A stretch of DNA of 29,122 nt, taken from assembly GCA_019358935.1 (NCBI GenBank), contig JAHHIK010000102.1, forward strand, positions 1-29,122, read 5' to 3'. Numbering within the stretch: position 1 is the first letter of the stretch; each line of letters begins with the position of its first letter. The notes beneath the pieces were generated by a model. The model was not told the origin of the DNA. It worked only from the letters and a program-made list of their open reading frames with translations, and made no database searches. The stretch is from Tolypothrix carrinoi HA7290-LM1. Lineage in GTDB: Bacteria; Cyanobacteriota; Cyanobacteriia; Cyanobacteriales; Nostocaceae. The translations under genes and the position numbers were made by a program. This document shows positions 17,732 through 27,082 of this stretch, one piece after another.

Positions 17732-18787
17732 TCATGCTATGGCGATCGCCTGCTGCCAACGTCCAACTGCTTTACCAATCACGGCTAGTTCTTGCATCAA
17801 ACGGTCGAAACGCTCTGGTGTGAGAGATTGAGGACCATCGGATAATGCTTTGGGGGGGTTGGGGTGAACCTCTATCATCAGAGAATCACATCCGGATGCG
17901 ATCGCAGCCATTGACATTGAAGGCACAAACTCAGACCAACCTGTGCCGTGGCTGGGATCGATCATAATCGGTAAGTGTGTCACTTTTCGCAACACTGGCA
18001 CCACCGACAAATCTAAAGTATTGCGAGTAAATTGCCGATCGAAGGTGCGAATACCCCGCTCGCACAAAATCACATTCGCATTTCCTGCCGCCAGAATATA
18101 CTCAGCAGCCATCAACCAATCTTCTATCGTCGCTGCCATTCCCCGCTTTAAAAGCACCGGTTTCGGCTGCGCTCCCACTTTTTTCAGCAACGAGAAATTT
18201 TGCATATTTCTCGCCCCAACTTGAATCACGTCAGCAACTTCGGCAATTTTATCTAACTCGCTAGAGTCCATCACTTCCGTAATAATACCGAGTCCGCTGA
18301 CTTCTCGCGCTTGCGCTAACAATTCCAAAGCACTTTCGCCGTGTCCTTGAAAAGCATAAGGGGAAGTCCGGGGTTTATACGCTCCCCCCCGCAGAAACTG
18401 CGCTCCAGCCGCCTTTACGCGCTGCGCTGTCTCCACAATCATTTCTTCATTTTCTACCGAGCAGGGACCGGCTACAACGACAACGGGGTGGTGTTCACCA
18501 AATACAACTTTTCCATTAGGTGTATCCACCACTACCTCAGAAGCTTCACCGTGACGGTATTGACGGCTAGCGCGTTTGTAAGGCAATTCTACCCGCAACA
18601 CTTGCTCAATCCAAGGGCTGACTTCTTGAATTTGTAGTGGGTCTAAATTAGCGGTTTCACCTACTAAGCCGATTACAACTTTGTGCTTCCCGACAATTTT
18701 TTCTGGTGTCAGTCCCCAGCTAGTCAGTTCCTCTTCAATGCGGTTAATTTCTTCGGTTGGGGAACCAATTTTCATGACTACAATCAT
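17732..18787 (-). CDS. aroF: 3-deoxy-7-phosphoheptulonate (DAHP) synthase, type I-beta with N-terminal regulatory domain
   Basis: AGPCSVE, RGGAYKPRTSPYAFQG, GARNMQNF, LLKRG, LCERGIRTF, DPSHGTG, IEVHPNP..ALSDGPQSL. Confidence 0.96.
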   Translation of the reverse strand: MIVVMKIGSPTEEINRIEEELTSWGLTPEKIVGKHKVVIGLVGETANLDPLQIQEVSPWIEQVLRVELPYKRASRQYRHGEASEVVVDTPNGKVVFGEHHPVVVVAGPCSVENEEMIVETAQRVKAAGAQFLRGGAYKPRTSPYAFQGHGESALELLAQAREVSGLGIITEVMDSSELDKIAEVADVIQVGARNMQNFSLLKKVGAQPKPVLLKRGMAATIEDWLMAAEYILAAGNANVILCERGIRTFDRQFTRNTLDLSVVPVLRKVTHLPIMIDPSHGTGWSEFVPSMSMAAIASGCDSLMIEVHPNPPKALSDGPQSLTPERFDRLMQELAVIGKAVGRWQQAIAIA

Positions 18788-19153
18788 GTTAAATTTCCTT
18801 GATGGCTACTTTTATCCCACCTGAAGAATACCTAATTTTGTTACGAACCGCCTTCGCGCTTCGCGTCTCGAAGAGAAGGCGCCAAGGACGCCAAGATAAG
18901 AGGAAATAAGTAATCTTAGAGGGGGAAGGGAGTAATTGTTAATTGCTATTATCTATGAGTTATTCATTAGTCGAGAAAATCTATTAAAAAATATAGCGCT
19001 CAGATTGTTTTGTTACTGTATTTTGGGTTTCAAAAAAATTATAAATTTTTAATTAGCAATGTTGAAGTTATAAAAATTATCTAAAATTTAAACTTCAACA
19101 TTTACTTGAAAATTTACCCAACAGTGCAAAAGTTAATACCTGAGCGCTGATAA

Positions 19154-19618
19154 TTATACGTTCTTTTGACGAGTTTCCCGCCAAACTTCGACCATTCGTC
19201 CCCAGTTGGTGCTGAACTCACTTAAGCCCAACAAACCCCCAACTCTCTCTTCGTCCCAAGAGGCAGATAGGACACCATAAGTTATTCCTATGACTCCCAA
19301 ACCGAATAATCCCATGTTAACTAGTAACACAGCGATCGCAGGTAGCCTAATGTGGGCGTAAATAGCTAGCAGATAGCTAACAACTAGGGTGGCAATGCCT
19401 AAAAATGTTGGTACACCACAGAAGCCAGCTACCCGTCTAATCATGCGCTGACTGACAACCTTGGGGATTGCCATTTCTTCTTTGGTGTAACGCTTTTTGT
19501 CAACCTGTTTTTCAGCTTCTTGCTTTACAATCGGCTTATTTTGAGATTTCGGCGCTTTTTGGCGTTTTTTCTTCGGTTCAAAGGGCAATTGACTGCGTTC
19601 GGATTCTTCAGCAGACAT
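19154..19618 (-). CDS. PAM68 family photosystem II assembly factor (DUF3464)
   Basis: IPKVVSQRMIRR, two transmembrane segments, YGVLSASWDEER..LLG..EF..N. Lies downstream of rpsO. Confidence 0.9.
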   Translation of the reverse strand: MSAEESERSQLPFEPKKKRQKAPKSQNKPIVKQEAEKQVDKKRYTKEEMAIPKVVSQRMIRRVAGFCGVPTFLGIATLVVSYLLAIYAHIRLPAIAVLLVNMGLFGLGVIGITYGVLSASWDEERVGGLLGLSEFSTNWGRMVEVWRETRQKNV

Positions 19619-19629
19619 AAGCGTAGTCC

Positions 19630-19899
19630 CTATCCACGAATACCAAGACGACCAATTAAAGCTTGATACTTTTCGCGGCTGTCTTTTTGGATGTAAGCTA
19701 AAAGGCGCTTGCGCTGACCGATAAGCTTTAACAATCCCCGACGCGAAGAATGGTCTTTCTTGTTTGCTTGGAGATGCAAACTGAGACGGTTAATCCGCTC
19801 TGTCAGCATGGCAACTTGGACATCGGCGGAGCCTGTATCGGTTTCGTGAACTTGGTAATTGACGATTATCTCTTGTTTGCGCTCTTGCGTTAAAGCCAT
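19630..19899 (-). CDS. rpsO: 30S ribosomal protein S15
   Basis: [26 protein letters not shown]...[21 protein letters not shown]. Confidence 0.99.
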   Translation of the reverse strand: MALTQERKQEIIVNYQVHETDTGSADVQVAMLTERINRLSLHLQANKKDHSSRRGLLKLIGQRKRLLAYIQKDSREKYQALIGRLGIRG

Positions 19900-19993
19900 G
19901 ATCGATTCTATTTATATATGCAGCAGTTTCCCATAATATCATAGCCCTCACGCTGTATGTGGAATCACGTTTGCTGCTACGCCTTGAGGTAGA

Positions 19994-20090
19994 TAGGACT
20001 TACGCACTTCCTTCGTCGTCAAAGCTTGAATTTACGTAGGGGCAATTCATGAATTGCCCCTACAAGACTTTAGTCGGTGCGTAAGTCCTA
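19994..20090. mobile_element. 97-bp MITE-like element with 14-bp terminal inverted repeats and an internal 28-bp palindrome
   Basis: TAGGACTTACGCAC (19994-20007) / GTGCGTAAGTCCTA (20077-20090). GTAGA direct repeats on both flanks. GTAGGGGCAATTCATGAATTGCCCCTAC at 20036-20063. Confidence 0.75.
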
Positions 20091-20256
20091 GTAGATACGC
20101 ATGAATCAATTAATGCTAGTATTTGGGTTTTTAGCACTAAAACCCCAAGTACAAGCCAGAAAGCATCTTGTATTTAATTATATGTACATAAAGTAACAGT
20201 TTAATAACTGATTAAAAAGTGGAAGAATGATATAAAGTTAACAAAAAAACAAGTTA

Positions 20257-21687
20257 ATGATTAGCAAGATGAAACCACCTAAAAGCACGCGAAGGCGGGG
20301 ATTTGTGCTGACTCCTGTAGGGCTGAAGCGTTTACAGACGGCGATTTTGGCTGTGGAGATGGTAGAGAACAATGGCATCCGCTTTACTCTCGACGAGCTA
20401 GGCGATCGCATGAATGTTTCAAGCAAAACACTCTCGCGATTGTGGTCTTTGGATACAGGCGTAGACCAAAAAACTTTAAAATTGTGCTTTACCACCTTTA
20501 ACTTGGAATTACGCAATCAAGACTATGCAATACTAAGTGAACCGAACAATACTGAAACTTCTCATGCGCTCTGGTTGAATTTAGATACAGAAGAAGTAAA
20601 TTTGTCTGAGTCTTTATCCGTAAACTCATTTGTTAACCAACAGCCTGACCAACTTGAAAATCTCTGGTCATACCCGGATGGACCCGTACCTTTGGATTCT
20701 CCCTTCTATATCGAACGTCCCCCAATTGAGGAACTGGTTTATCATGAGGTACATCAACCAGGCTGTGTGATTCGGATTCGCTCCCCCAAACAGATGGGTA
20801 AGACTTCTCTGGTGCTGCGACTCTGTGCCTTTGCACAAAAGCAAGGGTATCGCACAGTAAATCTAAATTGCTACCAGATAGATTCTGATTGTCTAACTGA
20901 CTTAAATAAGCTTTTACGTAATTTTTGCTGGCAAGTTGCAACAGAATTAGGCATTGACCCCAACCTGAATGATATATGGGATGAGGAAGTTGGTTGTAAG
21001 TTGAATTGTAGCTTTTACTTGCAGAACTATTTGCTCAAGCAGATTCAAAGTCCAGTGGTTCTGGTGTTAAACGAAGTTGACCGCTTTTTTGAATATCCTC
21101 ACATTGCTACTGACTTCTTTGCCTTGTTGCGATCGTGGTGCGAGTCAGCACGACAAAATCCTAATTGGCAGAAGCTGAGGCTAGTGGTGGTTTACTCTAC
21201 AGAAGATTATGCCACTTTGGATATCAACCGATCGCCATTTAATATCGGACTACCTATTCGTCTAAGCGAATTTACTCAGCAACAAGTAGAAGATTTAGCC
21301 CAGCGGCACGGACTAGACTGGAGTAGTGGTAAAGAATCCGCTCAACTGATGTCACTTGTAGGGGGTCATCCAGCGCTGATTCGGATTGCTCTGTATTATG
21401 TTTGCTCTCAGGTAATTACTTTAGAAGATTTAATGCAGGAGGTAGTTGACAACGGTGGCATTTACCGCTATCATTTATGGCGACACTGGGCGAAACTGCA
21501 AGAAAAACCCAGTCTGGCAAAGATATATGAGAAAGTTGTCACGACTGGGAAAAGTATTTCTCTTAATCCTATAGAGGCTTATAAGCTCGAAAGTATGGGA
21601 TTGATTTGCTTTGAGGGCGATCGCATTCTACCGCGTTGCGAACTCTACCGCGTTTATTTTGCAAAACAGCTATCGGCAATTGTTTAA
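20257..21687 (+). CDS. AAA_35 (AAA-like) domain protein with N-terminal HTH-like region
   Basis: RRRGFVLTPVGLKRL...TLDELGDRMNVSSKTLSRL (HTH-like), PDGPVPLDSPFYIER, Walker A-like SPKQMGKTS, Walker B VLVLNEVD, RSPFNIG, VGGHP. Confidence 0.88.
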   Translation: MISKMKPPKSTRRRGFVLTPVGLKRLQTAILAVEMVENNGIRFTLDELGDRMNVSSKTLSRLWSLDTGVDQKTLKLCFTTFNLELRNQDYAILSEPNNTETSHALWLNLDTEEVNLSESLSVNSFVNQQPDQLENLWSYPDGPVPLDSPFYIERPPIEELVYHEVHQPGCVIRIRSPKQMGKTSLVLRLCAFAQKQGYRTVNLNCYQIDSDCLTDLNKLLRNFCWQVATELGIDPNLNDIWDEEVGCKLNCSFYLQNYLLKQIQSPVVLVLNEVDRFFEYPHIATDFFALLRSWCESARQNPNWQKLRLVVVYSTEDYATLDINRSPFNIGLPIRLSEFTQQQVEDLAQRHGLDWSSGKESAQLMSLVGGHPALIRIALYYVCSQVITLEDLMQEVVDNGGIYRYHLWRHWAKLQEKPSLAKIYEKVVTTGKSISLNPIEAYKLESMGLICFEGDRILPRCELYRVYFAKQLSAIV

Positions 21688-21984
21688 TAAAATACCACAA
21701 TCAAGAGGATTTGTAATCTTCAAATCCCCTTGATTACGAGATGATATTGCCTGCCAAAAGATGTGCGCGAAGGCGTTGCTGAATCAAAATATGAATCATG
21801 CGTAGAAAGTAGCCCGTCGTAGACATCGCCGCAATCATCATCCCCCTATTAGGCAAAGCCTTTTTGAGGGCTTAACTACACAGCCTCAAATTTCCATTTT
21901 TGGTTATCACCTCCTAATTTTTGCCATTGATGCACATTGGCTGTACTATCTTTGCTATTACCAGCTACATCGGCAACCTTGCCA

Positions 21985-22863
21985 CTATGCATTGGCGGGA
22001 ACCAACTTCCAAGGTACTAGATTCGCAGTGTCATCTTTTCCAGCAAGTTTCACGTTATCGCCACTGAAACTGAGGTGCTTATCACAGCGTGAATCATTCT
22101 GCTCGCAGTGCCACCGATTCCGGATGTAGAATTCATCAGTCTTACCAGGCACAGGAATAAACTTCCAAGGTACTAGATTCGCAGTGTCATCTTTTCCAGC
22201 AAGTACCAACTTATCGCCACTGAAACTGAGGTGCTTATCACAGCGTGAATCATTCTGGTCGCAGCGCCACCGATTCCGGATGTAGAATTCGTCAGTTTTC
22301 CCAGGCACGGGAATTAACTTCCAAGGTACTAGATTCGTAGTGCTATCCTTTGAAGCAAGTTCCACGTTGTCGCCAACGAAGCTGAGGAGCTTATCGCAGC
22401 GTGAATCATTCTGCTCGCAGTGCCACCGATTCCGGATGTAGAATTCCTTGTTTGCTAGGTGTGACAGGCTACCAGAGGATGGTTGAGTATCGGTTCCTTG
22501 TTGTGAGAAAGGCTCAATGGCAATCCAATTAATATGCCATTTATAACCATTGGCTTCTTCTGGGGTAATAGCTGTAGTCTTGTAGTCTTTCTCCCATCTA
22601 ATAAATATACGAAAGCCTGTGGCGGTAGCACTGTAGACAGAACTAGCTCCAGTGGTTCCGTAATGGTTGCTATCACCGCCAATTGATGTAACGTATACTG
22701 GTGTTTGAGCAAACCCAGCAGCACTGGTGTCAACATCGACATAAACATAATCGTTTGATTTTTGCCAATTGGTTGCACCTGGTTGGGTTCTTCCCGATGC
22801 AATCTTGGCAACTGTCAACACAGTTGTATTGGTTGTCTGATTTGGTGCGGTTGTGGTTGTCAT
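21985..22863 (-). CDS. Hypothetical protein: N-terminal beta-rich domain plus three ~52-aa tandem repeats (beta-trefoil-like)
   Basis: EFYIRNRW(H/R)C(E/D)QNDSRCDK(L/H)LSF.GD...LA.KD.T.NLVPWK repeated three times with 156-bp DNA periodicity. Confidence 0.85.
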   Translation of the reverse strand: MTTTTAPNQTTNTTVLTVAKIASGRTQPGATNWQKSNDYVYVDVDTSAAGFAQTPVYVTSIGGDSNHYGTTGASSVYSATATGFRIFIRWEKDYKTTAITPEEANGYKWHINWIAIEPFSQQGTDTQPSSGSLSHLANKEFYIRNRWHCEQNDSRCDKLLSFVGDNVELASKDSTTNLVPWKLIPVPGKTDEFYIRNRWRCDQNDSRCDKHLSFSGDKLVLAGKDDTANLVPWKFIPVPGKTDEFYIRNRWHCEQNDSRCDKHLSFSGDNVKLAGKDDTANLVPWKLVPANA

Positions 22864-23099
22864 AATTTGAATTTCCTAAATGACTGAATTACGGGTATAG
22901 TTGAGGCTTTTTCCTTCTCTGTCAACGCGCAGACAACTCAGTACAATAGTTCGCCACAAGACATTAGTCTGTGGCTCAATACTATTGCAGCAGAGTATAT
23001 AATCGCGATTTGAGCGCGTGTCCTGTTTGACAAAGCTCTGAGTAGAAGTTGCCTTAACTCCGTATATACATACTCTTGCTTTTATAGTGGAAATGCAAG

Positions 23100-23167
23100 G
23101 ACAGATAAGACAGTTAAGAAACTACTTGAAAGAAATAACGGACAGTTAAGACAGTTAAGACAGTTAA
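23100..23167. promoter_or_regulatory. Five 9-bp direct repeats GACAG(T/A)TAA in the divergent intergenic region
   Basis: Copies at 23100, 23109, 23141, 23150 and 23159. Confidence 0.5.
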
Positions 23168-23441
23168 GCGAAAAATGGGCAGATGCAAATTTAATGACCT
23201 CGAAAAGTGATAGAATTTGAAGTCAGAGAAAAATGCAGAGTTTAGCTGACTTTTATAATATCCAAGTGGTTGCCAACAGCAACTTGGGCTTTGGAGAAAG
23301 TGAAGAAAAAGAGCGATCGCTTAATATAAGAAAAGCTAGGCGATGTCTAGGCATCAAACTGTGCCATGTTTACTTTCAACAAATTATCTACAAGTTATTA
23401 TTTCTTGGTCTAATATCTTCCTTTTCTAATCACACTTCACT

Positions 23442-26400
23442 ATGAGATACCAGGTTGGTGGTAGCCTCCGCAGTAACGATCCCACATATATTGTCCGTCA
23501 GGCAGACGAACAACTTTATGCCAGCTTGAAAGCCGGTGATTTTTGTTACGTCTTAAACTCTCGTCAGATGGGCAAGTCATCCTTATTACAACGCACCAGT
23601 TATCGTCTGGTGGAAGAAGGGCATAGCTGTGCTTACTTGGACGTAACCCGATTGGGTAGCGAGAATACCACACCGGAACAATGGTACAAAGGTATCATCC
23701 TCAGCTTGTTCTACGACTTAAATCTGGCAGAACACGTCAAGTTTAAAAATTGGTGGGATATGCAAGCCGGTATTTCCCCAGTGCAAAAACTACACTTGTT
23801 TGTTGAAGGAGTTTTACTGCCAAATGTTCAAAACGATCGCATTTTCATCTTCATTGATGAGATTGATAGTTTGTTGAGTTTAAGTTTTCCTGTCAATGAC
23901 TTTTTTGCCTGGATTCGTCATTGCTACAATCAGCAAGCACATGACCGGAATTTCCAACGCTTGGGATTTGCACTATTTGGGGTAGCGAGTCCATCTGACT
24001 TAATTGCTGATAAACGTCGAACACCCTTTAACATTGGTACAGCGATTGAGTTATATGGGTTTCAACTGCATGAAGCCAAACCATTGCTCAAAGGGTTAGA
24101 GGAAGTCATCAGCCAACCCTCTTCAGTGCTGCGGGAAATTATCTACTGGAGTGGAGGACAACCATTTCTGACTCAAAAACTCTGTCAGTTAATTGTCCAA
24201 ATTTCCTTAGAGACATCAAATAGAAAAATTGTTTTACCTCCAGAAACCGCAGCATATTGGGTAGAACAATTTGTGCGATCGCACATTATACAACACTGGG
24301 AATCACAAGACGAACCGGAACACCTCCGCACGATTCGCGATCGCCTACTTTTCAACGAACACCGAGCAGGACGGTTGTTAGGTCTTTATCAGCAGGTGTT
24401 GCTTTGGGAACAAACAGATACTCAAATATCTGGTGTATCTACTGATGACAGTCGGGAACAGACAGAACTTTTATTATCTGGATTAGTCGAGAAATACAAC
24501 GGCTATCTCAAAGTTAAAAATCCTATCTACCGCAGTGTATTCAATTCTGAATGGGTAGTAAGGCAGTTAGATAATCTGCGTCCTTACTCGCAAACATTCA
24601 ATGCTTGGGTAGCATCTGACTATAAAGATGAATCGCGTCTGTTGCGAGGACAGGCTCTAAAAGATACTCAAAATTGGGCACAGGGCAAAAGTCTGAGCGA
24701 TTTGGATTATCAATTTTTCGCTGCAAGTATTGAATGCGAACAGCGAGCTGTGCAAACGGCATTGAAGGCAGCACGAGCCAAAGAGGTAGAAGCACGACTA
24801 GTACAAGAGAAAAAAACGGCTAAATTACAAAGATTTTTGTTAGTTGCAGTGTGTATCGGCTTGCTCGTTTCTAGCGCGTTGGGGCTAGGGAGTTTCACTC
24901 TGTACCGCCAAGCTATTAAAAGCGAAACTCAAGCCAGAAGCAGCGAAATTGAAGCGCTGGTATCTTCTTCTGAAGGACTTTTTGCCTCAAATCGCAGATT
25001 AGATGCGCTTGTAGAAGCAATTAAAGCCAAAAAAAGACTGCAAAAACTGAGTAAACCAGACACAAATATTGAGCGTCAGGTGGAAAATGCATTGAGGCAA
25101 GCAGTTTATGGAGCAGATGAGTACAACCGTTTTTCGGGTCATACAGCAGCTGTTATGGCAGTAGATGTTAGTCCTGACAGTTCTCTAATTGCCTCAGCAA
25201 GTACAGATAAAACAATCAAGCTAATTCGACGTGATGGGTCAGAAGTTGCAACTCTCAAAGGTCATCAGGCAACAGTTAGGGCAATCGATTTTAGCCCTGA
25301 CGGTCAAATACTCGCCTCGGCTAGTGAAGATGGTATCATTAAACTCTGGAAGCAAAACGGTCAGCTGCTAAGAACTCTCAAAGGTCACACTGCTTCAGTC
25401 TGGGGAGTAGCGTTTAGTCCGGATGGTCAGTTTTTTGCCTCTGCCAGTTGGGACACAACTGTGAAACTGTGGAAGAGAGACGGTCAGCTGCTAAGAACGT
25501 TTCAAGATGGCAGAAGGGCGTTTTGGGGAGTCGCGTTTAGTCCTGATGGTAATATCGTTGCTGCCACAAGTCTAGACGGGACAGTAAAACTTTGGAAACG
25601 AGACGCTTCGGGCTGGCAAAATGCCAAGCGCCTACCATCTCTCCAAGGTAACACCGGTTGGGTTGTAGGAGTCGCTTTCAGCCCTGACGGACAGACCATT
25701 GCTTCATCGAGTGAAGATACAACCGTCAAACTTTGGCAGCGAGACAGCACAGATGGAAGCTACCGTCTTGATAAAACTCTTAAAGGTCACAGTGCCGGGG
25801 TTTGGGGAGTTGCTTTTAGTCCGGACGGTCAAACTATTGCCTCTGCGAGTCTCGACAAAACGATTAAACTTTGGAACATTGATGGTACCCAACTGAGGAC
25901 GCTTAGAGGACACAGTGCGTCCGTTTGGGGAGTAACTTTTAGTCCCGACAGCAGCTTTATTGCTTCGGCAGGTGCAGAAAACGTTGTCAGACTCTGGCAG
26001 AAAGAAAATCCATTTCAAAAGTCTATCATTGCCCATCAAGCCGGGATTTGGTCAATAGCTATTACCTCCGACAGTTCGACAATCGCCACAGCAAGCCACG
26101 AAAACACCGCTAAACTTTGGAGTCGCCAAGGTAAATTGCTCAAAACTTTCACTGAATCTGGGAGCATAGTCTTCGAGGCTTCATTTAGTGACGATCGCAA
26201 GTTAATTGCTCTTGCCGGTGACAATGATACTGTAAAACTCAAGAAGCGAGACGGCACTTTGGTTGCTACTTACAAAGATCGTCTCGCTAAACTCTTAGCA
26301 GGAGTATTGAGTCCAGACGGTCAAGCGATCGCAATGTCAAATGTTGACAAAATTGTTCAGATATGGCATCGCGATCGTCCTTCACCGCAGATTCTCAAAG

Positions 26401-27074
26401 GACATCAAGCGGAAGTGTGGCATGTCGCATTTAGTCCCGACGGTCGGCTCGTTGGTTCAGCTAGTGGCGATGGCACCGCTAAACTGTGGACGCTGGATGG
26501 TGAGCCAGCGCTGCGGGAGGGTATCCCTCGTGCCGGCTCTGGCGAACCCCGAAGGGGCAAGTTGTTCAGAACCCTTGTAGGACACTCGGCGGCAGTATGG
26601 AGAGTTGCCTTTAGCCGTGATGGTAAAATGGTAGCTACTGGAAGTGGCGATAATACCGTTAAGCTGTGGACGCTGGACGGCAAGTTGCTGAAAACTCTCA
26701 AAGGTCACACTGCTGCGGTTTGGGGAGTTGCGTTTAGTCCCGATGGACAAATAGTTGCTTCTGGCAGCGTGGATAATACTATCAAGCTTTGGAAGTTGGA
26801 TGGTAGGGAACTAACGACCCTGCGAGGACATACCGCAGCGATTAGGGAAATTGCCATTAGCCCCGACGGGACAATTCTTGCTTCAGGAGGTGATGACAAC
26901 ACACTCATTCTGTGGAATTTGCCGCGAATTCTCAATCTAAATGCACTGACTTATGGTTGCGGTCTTGTGCGGGATTATTTGAAAACTAACATAGTAGTTG
27001 AGAAGAGCGATCGCTCCCTTTGCAATAATATCAGTCGGGATGCAAAGAAAGCGATCGCCGACTCAAATTTTTAG
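23442..27074 (+). CDS. AAA_35 ATPase - transmembrane helix - WD40 repeat protein
   Basis: YQVGGSL...SRQMGKSSL, IFIDEID, RTPFNIG, WSGGQPFLTQKLC. Transmembrane segment FLLVAVCIGLLVSSALGLGSF. About 14 WD40 repeats (GH...VAFSPDG...D.T.KLW). Confidence 0.93.
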   Translation: MRYQVGGSLRSNDPTYIVRQADEQLYASLKAGDFCYVLNSRQMGKSSLLQRTSYRLVEEGHSCAYLDVTRLGSENTTPEQWYKGIILSLFYDLNLAEHVKFKNWWDMQAGISPVQKLHLFVEGVLLPNVQNDRIFIFIDEIDSLLSLSFPVNDFFAWIRHCYNQQAHDRNFQRLGFALFGVASPSDLIADKRRTPFNIGTAIELYGFQLHEAKPLLKGLEEVISQPSSVLREIIYWSGGQPFLTQKLCQLIVQISLETSNRKIVLPPETAAYWVEQFVRSHIIQHWESQDEPEHLRTIRDRLLFNEHRAGRLLGLYQQVLLWEQTDTQISGVSTDDSREQTELLLSGLVEKYNGYLKVKNPIYRSVFNSEWVVRQLDNLRPYSQTFNAWVASDYKDESRLLRGQALKDTQNWAQGKSLSDLDYQFFAASIECEQRAVQTALKAARAKEVEARLVQEKKTAKLQRFLLVAVCIGLLVSSALGLGSFTLYRQAIKSETQARSSEIEALVSSSEGLFASNRRLDALVEAIKAKKRLQKLSKPDTNIERQVENALRQAVYGADEYNRFSGHTAAVMAVDVSPDSSLIASASTDKTIKLIRRDGSEVATLKGHQATVRAIDFSPDGQILASASEDGIIKLWKQNGQLLRTLKGHTASVWGVAFSPDGQFFASASWDTTVKLWKRDGQLLRTFQDGRRAFWGVAFSPDGNIVAATSLDGTVKLWKRDASGWQNAKRLPSLQGNTGWVVGVAFSPDGQTIASSSEDTTVKLWQRDSTDGSYRLDKTLKGHSAGVWGVAFSPDGQTIASASLDKTIKLWNIDGTQLRTLRGHSASVWGVTFSPDSSFIASAGAENVVRLWQKENPFQKSIIAHQAGIWSIAITSDSSTIATASHENTAKLWSRQGKLLKTFTESGSIVFEASFSDDRKLIALAGDNDTVKLKKRDGTLVATYKDRLAKLLAGVLSPDGQAIAMSNVDKIVQIWHRDRPSPQILKGHQAEVWHVAFSPDGRLVGSASGDGTAKLWTLDGEPALREGIPRAGSGEPRRGKLFRTLVGHSAAVWRVAFSRDGKMVATGSGDNTVKLWTLDGKLLKTLKGHTAAVWGVAFSPDGQIVASGSVDNTIKLWKLDGRELTTLRGHTAAIREIAISPDGTILASGGDDNTLILWNLPRILNLNALTYGCGLVRDYLKTNIVVEKSDRSLCNNISRDAKKAIADSNF
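26501..26557. repeat. 57-bp small dispersed repeat inserted in-frame in a WD40 repeat
   Basis: KLWTLDG[EPALREGIPRAGSGEPRRG]KLF versus the next repeat KLWTLDGKLL. Insert contains hairpins GAGGG-TAT-CCCTC and CCCC-GAA-GGGG. Confidence 0.85.
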
Positions 27075-27082
27075 AAGAATTA

